Shown in pieces: positions 23,740 to 35,174 of a DNA stretch of 64,000 bases. The notes beneath the pieces are model-generated. The model did no database searches. It was given only the letters and a program-made list of their open reading frames with translations, and was not told the DNA's origin. The translations under genes were made by a program, and so were the position numbers. The stretch's first letter is position 1, and each line of letters starts with the position of its first letter. Where the stretch lies: positions 124,001-188,000 of the forward strand of contig JBECUI020000026.1 in the NCBI GenBank assembly GCA_040954595.2, in the 5' to 3' direction. Origin of the DNA: Balanoglossus misakiensis (Eukaryota; Animalia; Hemichordata).

Positions 23740-23941
23740 CTGCTTGCCAAGATGCTTCAAAGCCAGTAGCAGTATGCGAACTATCTGAGAGAAATTTCAC
23801 CAACATTGCATTACCACTGCTAATAACTTCATCAGGCTGGTCCGGTCCACTGTATGTGGCAAGAACTTTGGATGGGTCAAACACAGACACCTCGACAATG
23901 ACAACAGTATCATGATAAAGTTCAGTGTCAAAATGTAGAAA
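23740..23941 (-). CDS. uif: Uif-like exon: CUB1 second half (FLHFDTELYHDTVVI...LATYSG...SSGNAMLVKFLSDSSHTATGFEASWQA)
   Basis: ttttcag acceptor, gtaata donor, 202 nt, phase 0->1. FDTE..HD, F.SD.S and GF.A.W CUB motifs. Confidence 0.9.
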
Positions 23942-24308
23942 CTGAAAAGAATAAAAAAAATGTCACAACACACATCATAAATAGTGAGCTGTCTCAAGCC
24001 AATATACATGAAAATAAACACAGTTTCATGACTTAAGCCCCATTAGCTGTAACTTTTTGCATTTTTCAGTATTTCTATTCTGTGTATCAATTATAGTTTC
24101 TTGTTCAGCTACGCAGGGCAGAGTTAAATCCATAGTCTTAACTTCTCGACGAAACCTATGAGGGCACAATCGGCATTGTTGTTGTTTGAAAACATTCGTA
24201 AATAATAACAACAGTCAGTACACATACACATGACTCGTTGACAAGCAGAGAGCTGGGTGTGATGGGTTACTCATGAGGAGAGGAACAAGAAAAAGTGTTT
24301 AATTTAAA

Positions 24309-24964
24309 TAATAACACATGATAGCGAGGGCAATATCACGATTTGAAGCCTGCATGAGGGATGGTGATCTCTGACCATAATATTGATGATGCCCGAGCCG
24401 CAGGCGAGGGTATCATCAATATTTTGGTCAGAGATCACCAGCCCGAGGGCAGGCTTCAAATCGTGATGTTGCCCGAGCATAATGTGTTATTAATTTTATT
24501 ACGCCGAACATTTGAACGTACATACACTGCAGCATGTAGCATGTAGACTCGCGTCCATATGTCGTACGTTGCTGAGAATGTAAAATGTCTCGATCTCCCA
24601 AGAATTATACGATACCTACTTCGAACTTAGATTATTTTGAAAATACTGCGCTGTTGGTTGCGATTTTGGTGTATTTACTGCCCGTTTGCAGTAAAATATC
24701 ATCCAGTAGAACAGGTGTTAAGCCTGTGTGTCGCTTTGAAGCCATATAGATGCGGGAGTTGACTGATCGTGAAGGAAGCCATTGAACGACAGTTTGGAAC
24801 GCGCAGAAGTCGTGCCCAGAACACCAAAACAACCAAGCGGGCAATATCAGCGCACGCGACAGGGCTATATCAACTCTAGCCATGTTATATCACTTTTTTT
24901 TCTATATCACGTGAGCGCGTCTCAGCCAATCACGAAAACGGTATAATACGTGAGGTGTAATAAA
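24309..24964. mobile_element. Non-autonomous element with ~184-bp terminal hairpin (Crypton-like, tentative)
   Basis: Long imperfect palindrome 24309-24492 centred on cccgagccgcaggcgaggg. A second inverted pair tttattacgcc / ggtgtaataaa brackets 24495-24964, and the cg.gggcaatatca motif recurs near 24837. Confidence 0.6.
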
Positions 24965-25259
24965 CACAAAACAAAATTACTGATAAACTAGCCTGAAGTT
25001 ATAGATAATGGCCCTTTAATTCAAAAGTTTACCAAAAATCATGTTTGTTATAAGGAAGAAAAAAATCAAATTATTTTTTTTTTAGTTGAAATGAATTTAA
25101 ATCTAATACATGTGTCTGTTTTTTTTTTTAAAGTGTTTGTATGTCGAATGGACGGGAAAAGGTGTTTTGTATAGGCAGGTTTCCAGATTAGACAGAGTTA
25201 GTGGTTTATGCAAGTTTTACTGTAAAAAATAACTGGTTTTGGAATTTGACAGTTTACAA

Positions 25260-25393
25260 GTGAGCACTTATTCTGGATGTTGCAGGTCCCTGGATTGTCC
25301 AAATACATTCTTGTAGAATGTAATAATTATCATCTGGGTATCCAGTGCTGTGAAAGGTCCCCGATTCACCAGTTTCCAAACCACCACATGTTC
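25260..25393 (-). CDS. uif: Uif-like exon: CUB1 first half (TCGGLETGESGTFHSTGYPDDNYYILQECIWTIQGPATSRI); 3' end disrupted
   Basis: attcag acceptor at 25395-25394 and a CGG...S.GYP..Y....C.W.I CUB pattern. The frame hits TAA at 25256-25254 with no phase-0 GT before it. The 3' boundary is uncertain. Confidence 0.8.
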
Positions 25394-25706
25394 CTGAATA
25401 TCATTAAAATAAAAAGAAAGAGTATGTTTGTGTGATGAATGGTCATAAAGATTCAGCTCATCAAGTTGACGAAATTTCATTGATGATAAAATTACTTCAC
25501 CAACAGTGAGTATCCAATGTACATGTATAAAACAATGTTTGTATTAGTATAAATCAAATGTAAAAATTTTGAAACGACATTTATCACACCCGAAAATTCC
25601 AAGAACCGCATATTATGATTCTCTAAGCTCAAACTATCAGTGTGACAGATGCCAGATTCTTAAAATACTTGGCCCAGTTTTGTTTCTGATTTATATTTAT
25701 GACATA

Positions 25707-25897
25707 CTGTAAAACAGGAAATTTTTCATGATATCAAAAGTGGCAACTGTTATGCGATGATTGATTTTCGCATTCTCATATTTCACGGCATTGCTATCTT
25801 CGAAAAACATTTTTACACAACTTGTTTATTTTCGCGTTTTTTTGGCTCTCGCATAGTTCGCAAAAATGTATCGCTCGCGAAAATTTCCTGTTTACAG
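25707..25897. mobile_element. TA-MITE family member
   Basis: TA-ctgtaaaacaggaaattt ... aaatttcctgtttacag-TA. Further partial copies end at 18451 and ~23717. Confidence 0.85.
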
Positions 25898-26044
25898 TAC
25901 AAAATTCTTTGAGGATCAGACTTTCTGCTGACAGTTCAAAAGTAGTCTTTAGTTGCAAAGGAGATGATCATACAATTAAACCACGATCGTGACGTCACAC
26001 TATTCAATAGACAAGTCATTCACTGAGAGAACCTCCGTCTCACA

Positions 26045-27452
26045 CAAAACCACAGGTTTAAAACCAAGTCCCGGGTAGTTCTAGAACTACCTCCGGGGGT
26101 TCTAGAACTACCGCAGGACTCAGTCTCACCTGTCGTAACAAAAATACAAATACACAATGCTTTATTTGCATAATTACATTTACTTCTATACCTGTATTCA
26201 AAGTACATTTCATTTGAATAGAGTAATTGTTATGTTAATTGAAAGCGAACTGGATATGCGACAGTCTCCGGATCATTTCATTCAATGCTTCACATTCACA
26301 GTTTTGTCTACTGACGTACAAAGCTAATGTCTTGGTGGCTCTCGAGAGTCTTCATAACATGATAATAAAAGTATAAAATAGACAAAAATCAATTCACCAG
26401 AAACAAACTAACGTTGCAATAAACTAACTACAAATTTCTAGAAAATTATACTAAATCACATTATCCCCAGATTTGCTTGTATTACTCTAACCAGATGCTT
26501 CACTTCGATTTTGCTTCACTACCGACATGTAACAAGGTTGGCTGTTTTAGGCCTAAAACCCGCGTACCTTGCAAAATTCTGCTTACTTTTTGTTGCTGTT
26601 CACCAGACGTGGGTTTGTAATGTCGGACGGATTCACTTCGGTATCAAGTCTTTTCGCAGATGAGTTACTCACCAATATCGCTACCATACAGACGTGTTGC
26701 CGCTGTGGCTCGTAGAGAGTGGTTCGTTCAAAAGCCAGGGAGGCCAATACACAGACGGGCAGTAGTACCATGTAGAGCATTGTTACCCGGTTTTTGCTTT
26801 ACCAACATGTAGCCGCTTGTTTTCGCAGATGATATAGATCGGAACTACATGTATCTTCAGATCGATTTCATGGACATTTGAAGGAAAATAAAAAAAAAAC
26901 GTGACACTTACATGTAGGCCTTCTGCATTTGGCCTAGAAAATTTTCGCGTAAGCTTACCATGTGCACGCAAAACCCCAATAGCTGTAACGCTTCCCATAA
27001 TACACTACGTAACACACCTGTAAAGTTTAATTTGATGCAAATTAGAGTTTGAAATTAGCATATCACTCTGACACGTAAGCATGAACATTTAGAGTAACAC
27101 CTGTCAAGCGTGGGCGATCTTGTAAGGCCCAGCAGGGCGGTCTAGAACTACCTGCCCACGACATGATTCATTTATAGGAAAAGGGGTGGCCAACCAAATT
27201 TCACAGTCAGCAATGAAGAATAAGCCTCTTTTGATAAGCTTTTGTTCGTTCATTTTATTGAATCGTTGAGTAAAACGACGTCTTTGTGGTACACGAAGCT
27301 CCAATGGTGACAATGTCTGTGGGGGGTCGTGGTTTAAGTTAGAGAACCACCTCCCCCTCAGTGGTTCTTGGTTTCCAATCGCCTCGGGCCTGCGGCCCTC
27401 GGCAATTAGAAACCAAGAACCACCTCGGGGTCGGTGGTTCTCTATTACATAA
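26045..27452. mobile_element. Probable hairpin-ended non-autonomous element (boundaries uncertain)
   Basis: ~105-bp palindrome 27340-27444 centred on gcctcgggcctgcggccctcggc. The motif tctagaactacc recurs at ~26078, ~26101 and ~27141. Confidence 0.45.
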
Positions 27453-27649
27453 ATAGTGTAAAAGAAATTGTTAAGTAAACATAACCATACAATTAATGAG
27501 TGGAATTATCTAGCGACAACTGGCCTCAATTTTGAATTTCAAATATAACACCATTCTGCACCCAAGGAGACATCACATGATCTGATCCCCCTTGTTTAAC
27601 TTTTAGTGGTGAGCTCTTCCAAGTATATCTTGTATTGCTTAGGGGACTC

Positions 27650-27947
27650 TAACTCTCTCTCCTTCCCTCCCTTCCACCCCCTCCCCCTCCCTCTCTAGCT
27701 CTCTCCCTCCCCTCTCCCGCCCCTCTCCCTCCCCTCTCCCGCCCCTCTCCCTCCCTCCCACCCCTCTCTAGCTCTCTCTCCCTCCCTACCCCCCTCTACC
27801 CCTCCCTCTCCCTCTAGTTCTCTCTCCCCCTCTCCCTCACTACCACCCTCCCTCCCTCCCTCCCTGTCACTCTCCAGCTCTCTCTCCCTCCCCTCTCACT
27901 CTCCCCTCCCAGCCTCTCCCTCCCGCTCTTTTGCACACACTCTCTCT
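27650..27947. repeat. Polypyrimidine (C/T-rich) low-complexity tract
   Basis: ~300 bp of ccctctccc/ctccc variants; G-rich on the transcribed (minus) sense. Confidence 0.9.
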
Positions 27948-28042
27948 TAGTATATATATTGGGAGGTGACTACAGCAGTGCGAGAAAAGTAAAGACCTGA
28001 TGCGAGTAAGGGAAGATTCTAGCTGATTTGAATCAGACTTAC

Positions 28043-28258
28043 CTTCAGCACAAGCTGCTACTTCACACATTGACAGACTGACATCATCACATCTTGCATG
28101 ATACAATGGGTAATTATTTTCAAAGAGGTTTAACCTCACACATTGCCCAGTGGAGGCATCAGGTTCTGTGTCTGCCCATCGACCATCAAAGACACTACCT
28201 TTCCTGCCATCTGAATAATCATATTCCACACTGCCATCTCGATTGGGTCCACTAAATC
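28043..28258 (-). CDS. uif: Uif-like exon: C-type lectin part 3 (GFSGPNRDG...WADTEPD...GQCV...RCDDVSLSMCEVAACAE)
   Basis: ttttatag acceptor, gtaagt donor, 216 nt, phase 1->1. W...EPD...CV...C......CE pattern. Confidence 0.88.
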
Positions 28259-28700
28259 CTATAAAATGGAAATAAAGAAAGAAGATGCATACAGCAGTGT
28301 TTCATCCAGGATGGGGGGGGGGATATGTCCCCCTTTGCTTGAATAGTTGCACTCTTGCAAGGAGGGGAATGAGTGACATCGCTGAGTCTGTAAGGGGCAC
28401 CATTTCCCCCTTGACACATTTCTAGGGGGGTGCCAACATGCTGACAGTGGGCGAATTCCCTCATCCCTCCATCTGGATGAAAAACTGCATACAGAGTCAC
28501 TTAATAGCAAGATTTTGTGAGGTTATTGAGATGTAAAAAATAGGCTTTTCAATTACCATCTTGAGACAATTATCATTCAAGTGTTACTATGCAGTGCTTA
28601 CTTGTAAACTGTCAAATTCCAAAACCAGTTATTTTTTACACTTGATACACCCACAAATTATTTGGGAACACTGACAAACACTGTTAAAAGACACACTCAC

Positions 28701-28819
28701 CAATCCAACCATGGTTCGCTGTTTCATTGGAAGTCTCTTCAATCTGGTTTACAATCTCTGCTCCAGCATAACGATTTTCAGAATAACCCTCAATTACTGT
28801 CAAGTGCCCACCATAAAAT
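28701..28819 (-). CDS. uif: Uif-like exon: C-type lectin part 2 (FYGGHLTVIEGYSENRY...NHGWI)
   Basis: tttcag acceptor, gtgagt donor, 119 nt, phase 2->1. GGHL..I....EN and WIG lectin motifs. Confidence 0.88.
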
Positions 28820-29546
28820 CTGAAAATAAACCAATTTATAACACATCAAACATGTTCCAAACTAATTTCGAAATTCCAGTCCGTGAATAATACATTTCCT
28901 CTTTGAAAACATTTAATATTGGTGAATAAGAGGTTCATAAATGTATAACATTAGATTTTTGTTTGTAAAGTCTATATTTTGTGTTACACCTTTCCAATAA
29001 GTGTGTGATTAGTGTAGATTTCGGCAGAATTTCTGGGAAAAAAGAATCTGTGAAAAATTCACCTGAATTTTGGGGAGAAAAAAATTTGCTGAACGTTTCC
29101 TTTGAATAAAAAAGTTCAGCTTATTTCTTTTAGAGAAAACATGACAATTTCCAGGAAATGGCTGTTGTTGTTTTTTTTTTTGGTGTGAATAAACTTAAAA
29201 GACAAATTCTGATACAGTTGCATCAAGGTGATGGAAGAAAATCCCAGATTAACAGGATATTTGGAGAATTTATCCAGAATTTCAAAATTAGTTCGAAATG
29301 TGACATTGTGTTATCAATGATCTGTGTTGAGCAGTCGAACGATGAACGGGTAGTTGACAATTCCCACGAGCACACCCGTATCTTTCCTCGGTAGTTGCGC
29401 CGGGCCGGTCGGCAATGTAACAGAAAAAGTGGTACGATATGCCAGCTGAGCCGTCGCTAGTCTACAATTCCGAGTCTACAAGGCCGTCTCTAACTAAAAA
29501 TTATAATAACTATCGAGAATTATATCAGCGAATGTGGGGCTGGGGG

Positions 29547-29862
29547 TTGCTGCAGTTTGCAGCCCCTCCATCTCCCCTGGACGATTTTTGTTTTTGCGGG
29601 GCTGCAGGTCCCAGCTATTCTAAACCGCACAACGAGCGACCGGGATTTGGGCCCGGAGCGAATTTCTACACTCCAGACGTCTCCAGTCCACAATTTTCCA
29701 CACTTTTTTCGCCAAATCGGTCCCGGAACCCATACAGCGCTTACCTGGCAAAGGATGTCGCGGTATTTGTCGATTTTGCCTACGTTTTCCCCAGTTATTC
29801 AACTTCAATCGGCAAAACCAAAACTCGTTCAGGGGAGATGGAGGGGCTTCAAACTGCAGCAA
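29547..29862. mobile_element. MULE/Mutator-like MITE with 10-bp target duplication
   Basis: ~50-bp TIRs ttgctgcagtttgcagcccctccatctcccctggacga... and ...tcgttcaggggagatggaggggcttcaaactgcagcaa. Direct repeat gggctggggg at 29537-29546 and 29863-29872. Confidence 0.8.
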
Positions 29863-32800
29863 GGGCTGGGGGCTGCAGGCAGAATATATGACCAAAGGAT
29901 ACGCGTGAAAAAAAGACAATTACCTACTTTGCTACTGTGGGTCTTTGACTAATTAAAACATGATAACGTGCATCAAAGCCAGCCGAGGCTTCAGGGGCAT
30001 AGTATTCCTGAGTTTATACGCGAAGAAACCAAGAAATATTCATGAGTATGTAGACGGAACTTGTCTTTTAGCTCAAATTTGACCTGGCTTGAGGTCACTG
30101 TGACAGCGCAGCCAGCGGTAGAATTGGGGTAGGCATGAAGAACATATCTACTACAAAAACTGGTGAGGGCGGGGGGGGGGAGATGGGGGGGGGGGGGGTG
30201 GGGGCTTTTCAGTTTAGTCACGGTCCTTGGTTTTGGCCTTCGGCTTCACTAGAAAAGCCAAAAAACCACAATGCCGAAGGCCAACTCGTCGAAGCACCTG
30301 GTACGTCTATGGCAGAAGTCAGTATTTACATGTTCTGACTCGGTACACGCCATGCACTTGCCAAGAGATTCCACGAGGAATACCATGATGATGAACGGCT
30401 CGGGCGTCTTCGTGTGCACGAAGACACGATACTAGACTTCATTGACCCTGTCTCATTCTTTTCTTTTCATGCGCATAAGGACATGAAAAGTCGACCTAAC
30501 CTTTTGTTTTATCACTTACTGTGGTTTTAGAGGGATGCTGTGAGTGAAAAAGTGGCACATTCGGGTTGTTGCCTTATACTTAATTTCTCCATTTCTATTG
30601 GAGCAGGCTACACCGGGCCCAGGGTCGAACTTAAACCAATTTACAGCCGTGATGGTCGAACAATGTCCGACAAACTTTAGGCACGTCAAGCTTATGCCTT
30701 CCTGGGTCGCCCGACAAGAATGAACTTCTATTTTAACGATAGGGCCTATTCCAATCGATACCCGCCGTATCAGTCACGCAATAATGAACACGAAATCCAG
30801 ATCCCCCAAAATGATGTTTCACTAGACTCGGGGAGAGTGCTGTTTAGTACCAACAGGCAATTAAAGGTATACGGTCACCTATGGAAAATTAGCTATAGTT
30901 ACCATAGCAAATTGAGATGTAGCCAATCACAGATTTTTAGTGGGTGGCACACGCGAAAAAAGAGCGCCGCCATATGTTCTCATCTCAGCCATATATGGTC
31001 CTATGTAACCACCTCATGTCATTTACAGAATTGGAACACCCTAAAGAATGTCATGCAGACAATGTCACGTGTTGTTCCATGACCAACCAAACAACAAACT
31101 CATGTCCAAATCAATTAAATTCCAAAGAATGCTCCAAATATGCAGAATTGCCACGCAAGTCGAGCATACTTAAGCACTCTGCACAACTGAAACATAAAAT
31201 CCAAGCTTTTAACAATACAACAATAAACAATCCATTCTGATCGAATTAATGACCAAATAAAACGAAAAACACAACTCGACCCACAAAAAGTATACGAAGC
31301 GCTTTTAATCGCTCATTAATGTTTGATCTCGAGGAGACGTGTTAAAAAATCCGCTATGAAAAGCAGGGGAGAACAATAGCCTATTTTTACCAGGTAAACA
31401 AACACCAGGTAAAAATCCACCCATGCTTCCAGACCGCTCTAGGATAGTGATCCACCCAATGAAACTGTATCTCTTTAACTTTAATTTGCAAACTCGTGGA
31501 ATTGATCATTTTATAAATCGCTCCATTTTGACGTTTTCTCTGTGGTTTGTTAATACGAATTTTGTCTGTGCCAAATCTGTCCTCTAATACTGTCACTTGT
31601 ATTAGAGTTCAAATTACACAGAAGTATAATACAACGTTTTGAAAAAGACAGACATTTTTCGTGTGAACGGTGATATACTTAGGCCACACTCGAGCTAAAA
31701 ACAAAAGTCTATATTTTATCAAAAATGCCTTGGACGCACAAACATCTACAGGATGTGGAAGGGGCGGGTCAACACCGCGATCTACAACTGTGCCTCCCCC
31801 CCCCCCCCCCCCCGGCTGTCTTGCTTCTATTTGGAGTGTCAATATGTGATTTAGCTTTGTTTGCGGCAGAGACTAAGCTTTGTTCTTGTTTCACTCCATT
31901 TGCTGCATTGTGCTGTGCTCTGGTATTTCTCCAGGGTCTACGGTTACACTATAGGCTGATTAGTCGTATCTTTACTACACAGACAAAAAACTTCGAAGCT
32001 TTATGTCTGTGCCTTTTATGAACAAGCATCGTCCGATTCGAATTCGACTCGTCATCGGTAGCTATGTTTATTTCGCCCTTGGAGACCTCCCCTGGCCTCG
32101 TTAGGATGACTGTTACCAGGACTACCTTAAACCAATCTTTTCGAACCGGACGGTACACACGACATGTCTATGTTAATTGTCCAGGTACCAGAGTGTACGT
32201 GTGGGCTCCCTAAACCCCTCATTGGCGGCCGGTCCCTGTCCGAATAAACACGTTTGACAGACAAAAAATGATGAACAAGTGGCTTACTTCAATACTTCGT
32301 TAACTAGACGGCTGAACTCTGAATGTTGATTCAGCAAAAAAAATGTGTTTACGGCAAGGTTTCGATCAATACGACACATTTACCATTGAAAACGCCCAAA
32401 GTAAGTGGGGGCGTTTGACCATCAATCAAACCCACGCCCAGGTGCATGTGAACGGCCGAAGCAGTGTAACGTTTCACATTCCGTGCAACGTCCGACACTG
32501 TGTGAAAGCGGTTGCTGTCGGGTGGCTTGACCTAATTTTCGTACATTGATATGCATTTGACACCTCACTACCTGTTTTCTTAATATTGCTAAAACTTTGC
32601 GTTGAAATATCACTGAAATGTTGATGATCCACGCACAAGTCGTCTACCCCGGCATGAAAAGCTTTTATACAAGAAAACTAATTGCACATGACCACCAAGG
32701 TCATACCGCAAGGTGTGTCTAAATGTCAAGGAAGGACATTGGGAGGAGGGACTTGGGTCGAGAACGACCATGACGGAGGAAAAACCGACAAGTCATTGTG

Positions 32801-33562
32801 TAACCTGTTTACTTGCCAATAGTCAAACGTCAAAATTTACTCTCAACTTGGTTGCAGATCGAGTCTCCCGAATTTCCAACTTTTATGATTGGGTAAATAC
32901 CGATATACGACTGGTATGCGACGCGTTGACGACGCGAAGATTTTGTTGAAATCAAATGGTTTGTCAAATGTCATCTCACAGTGGAGATACCGTGGTCATC
33001 TGACATGAAAGGGTTCGATTGGGTCTGACCGCCGTCGTTCATCCATGCTTAGAAAGCGGCGATCATGGTACAAAGTAAAACCAAGGTCAAACCTTACTGA
33101 ACACATGTATTGCATGGAGAAACATTTCTCCCTGTCTGTGTACTGAACACGTACCGTGATTGCCATAGTTACAAACGTTACCACGTGAGAGAGAGTGCAT
33201 TTTACATCTGTCTTTTCAATTTTGTTGCTTTCTTACTATTCGGAATGATGGAGTCGAAACGAAAACTTTTTGCTTCAGGTGGACCTAGGGGAAATACCTT
33301 ATTTGTGACTTTTTTCATGACCCTAAAAAGACGTCGGAATTAATGTGGCTGAGGTCACTCAGGACGACGGAATGGTTGAGCGATTTTATTTTATGAGCTC
33401 CCACTAGTATTTGTTTTATTGTTTCGGCAGTGTGTCGCGTTATTCGAGCAATCTGCAGTCTGAAAACGAACGGTTTTCAAAGTTTATAACAGAAGAACAG
33501 GGGTTTAAGCATGAAAGGTCCTGTTGTCTCCCTCGCTGTGTTTGTGTCACTGTGTCTTTGAC

Positions 33563-33762
33563 GTCTGACTGACTGATTAACTGGCTGACTGACTTACTGA
33601 CTGTCTGTCAACGTCGGTCTGTCTGACTGTCTGCCCCCTCTCTCTGAGAGAGAGAGTGAGCGAGCGAGCGAGCGAGCGACCGATGAGTGTCTCTACTGAT
33701 GAATGTTGCTCTGTCTGTCTGCTTGTGTCTGTCTGCCACTCTGCCTGTTTCACTCTGTCTCT
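33563..33762. repeat. Compound microsatellite (CTGA/CTGT, GA, GAGC)
   Basis: ctgactgactga, ctgtctgt, gagagagag and (gagc)6 runs. Confidence 0.85.
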
Positions 33763-34394
33763 CCTAATTTCTTTAAATTTAGGGATATGCTATTAATGCG
33801 ATATGAAAGTCAGACACGACGGAAACCTTTTATTCTCAAAACTGTCTGTTGTTTGCTGTTAAATATTGCAAAAGGTTAAGGGCCCTTTTCGCACGAGACA
33901 CATGGCTTTGCAGCCGTAGCTCCCAATGTCATAACGATTACCCGAACTACCCTAATTTTAGCCCGCCGACCCAAAACAGTTTAGATCTTCGTAAACCGGA
34001 AGTAAAAATAACGATGTCAAATATACAACAATTCATGAAAATTGCGAGAATCACGCAAGAACTATGATGTCATTCTTCTACACTACGACGGCCAAAGATA
34101 TAAAAAAATTGAAACATAAAAAAATGTCCCTTTCTACCTACCCTATTTTTGAAAACCATGTAATCGGAATAGCACATATTAGTTTTTTTGGCCTGAGACA
34201 TATCCAATTTCCCAACTGAACATGACATGTGATCAAGCATTTTCGACTTATCAGATGCAATCGCTGAACACCTCACACTAAGCGAGGTTTTGTCTGTCTT
34301 TATACGCGCCCTTTGTATTTGTGCGTGACATGTCCAAGCCTTGTTAGGATCTCCCATAAAATTCTACTCAAATGATGTATACTTTCATACTTAC

Positions 34395-34476
34395 GACTGA
34401 CAGGTATTTTCAGCGTTGCCAGCTGATTGTTTGTCAGGTACCGCTTTATAACAAGACGCCCCTCTGAGTTGATAAC
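34395..34476 (-). CDS. uif: Uif-like exon: C-type lectin part 1 (GYQLRGASCYKAVPDKQSAGNAENTCQ)
   Basis: ttgcag acceptor, gtaagt donor, 82 nt, phase 1->2. CY..A...C lectin pattern; phases match both neighbours. Confidence 0.85.
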
Positions 34477-34543
34477 CTGCAATGTAACATCATTCAATTG
34501 GTCTAGTCATGTTAGCATTAGTAAAATGCTTCAAAAGTGTTAA

Positions 34544-34834
34544 AGGGACATGATACAAGACACCGTTTATGTTAGTGAATGAACGTTCAACCACACACAA
34601 CTTCCATCCCGCTTGTATGATACGAGAGTAAAAACCCGCCCGGAATGAATAAATGGTAGAGACCGTTTATTCATTTTGGCGACTTTTTAAAACTCTCGTG
34701 TCTATACAAGCGGAGTGGAAGGTGTGTATGGTTGAACGTTGATTCACTATATCCACATGTAGAATAATATAAACGCAGTCTTGTATCAAACATAATTAAT
34801 GGAAAAAGGGCAGCGAGAGAGAGACTTTGTCCCT
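34544..34834. mobile_element. Foldback TTAA-flanked MITE (Kolobok-like), left arm partly deleted
   Basis: TTAA-agggaca ... tgtccct-TTAA. The interior is a long imperfect palindrome (tgatacaagac...gtcttgtatca; aacgttcaacc...ggttgaacgtt). Confidence 0.8.
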
Positions 34835-35174
34835 TTAATGAATACAGCCACAATGTTCTGTTTATATCTACTGACGGACCAGGCATGGATTGTCACGTAT
34901 AATTCTTTGAAACGTTTGGTCCTCTGAAGAAATCTGAACACTCATCTACTCAGTTTGCTTATTTTGTCTTCCTCCACCAGTCAGTGGTATCGTCCGATTT
35001 GATACTCCACTCTAAGCCTCTTTCTGAATGGCTATTTAAGTTGTGATCTGTAAGTCTTAAACCTTTCATCACCCCCCCCCCCCGTTTCCTCTTTAGAGGT
35101 CCAACATTACCATAGAAAACAATTGGTTTTGACTGAACCATGTTGGTGAAAGGGCTAGGGTCAATTCAACTTAC

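Noticed and set aside
26130-26191. Candidate AG/GT-bounded exon (possible LDLa)
   Set aside because: The translation has no LDLa Cys/acidic pattern and it lies within a probable repeat element.
29439-29952. Overlapping 99-150-aa ORFs
   Set aside because: They span a GC-rich MITE and show no recognisable domain.
30290-30400. Possible first (signal-peptide) exon or promoter of the Uif-like gene
   Set aside because: No hydrophobic signal peptide, and lectin exons lie further upstream (34476, 35232), so this region is intronic.
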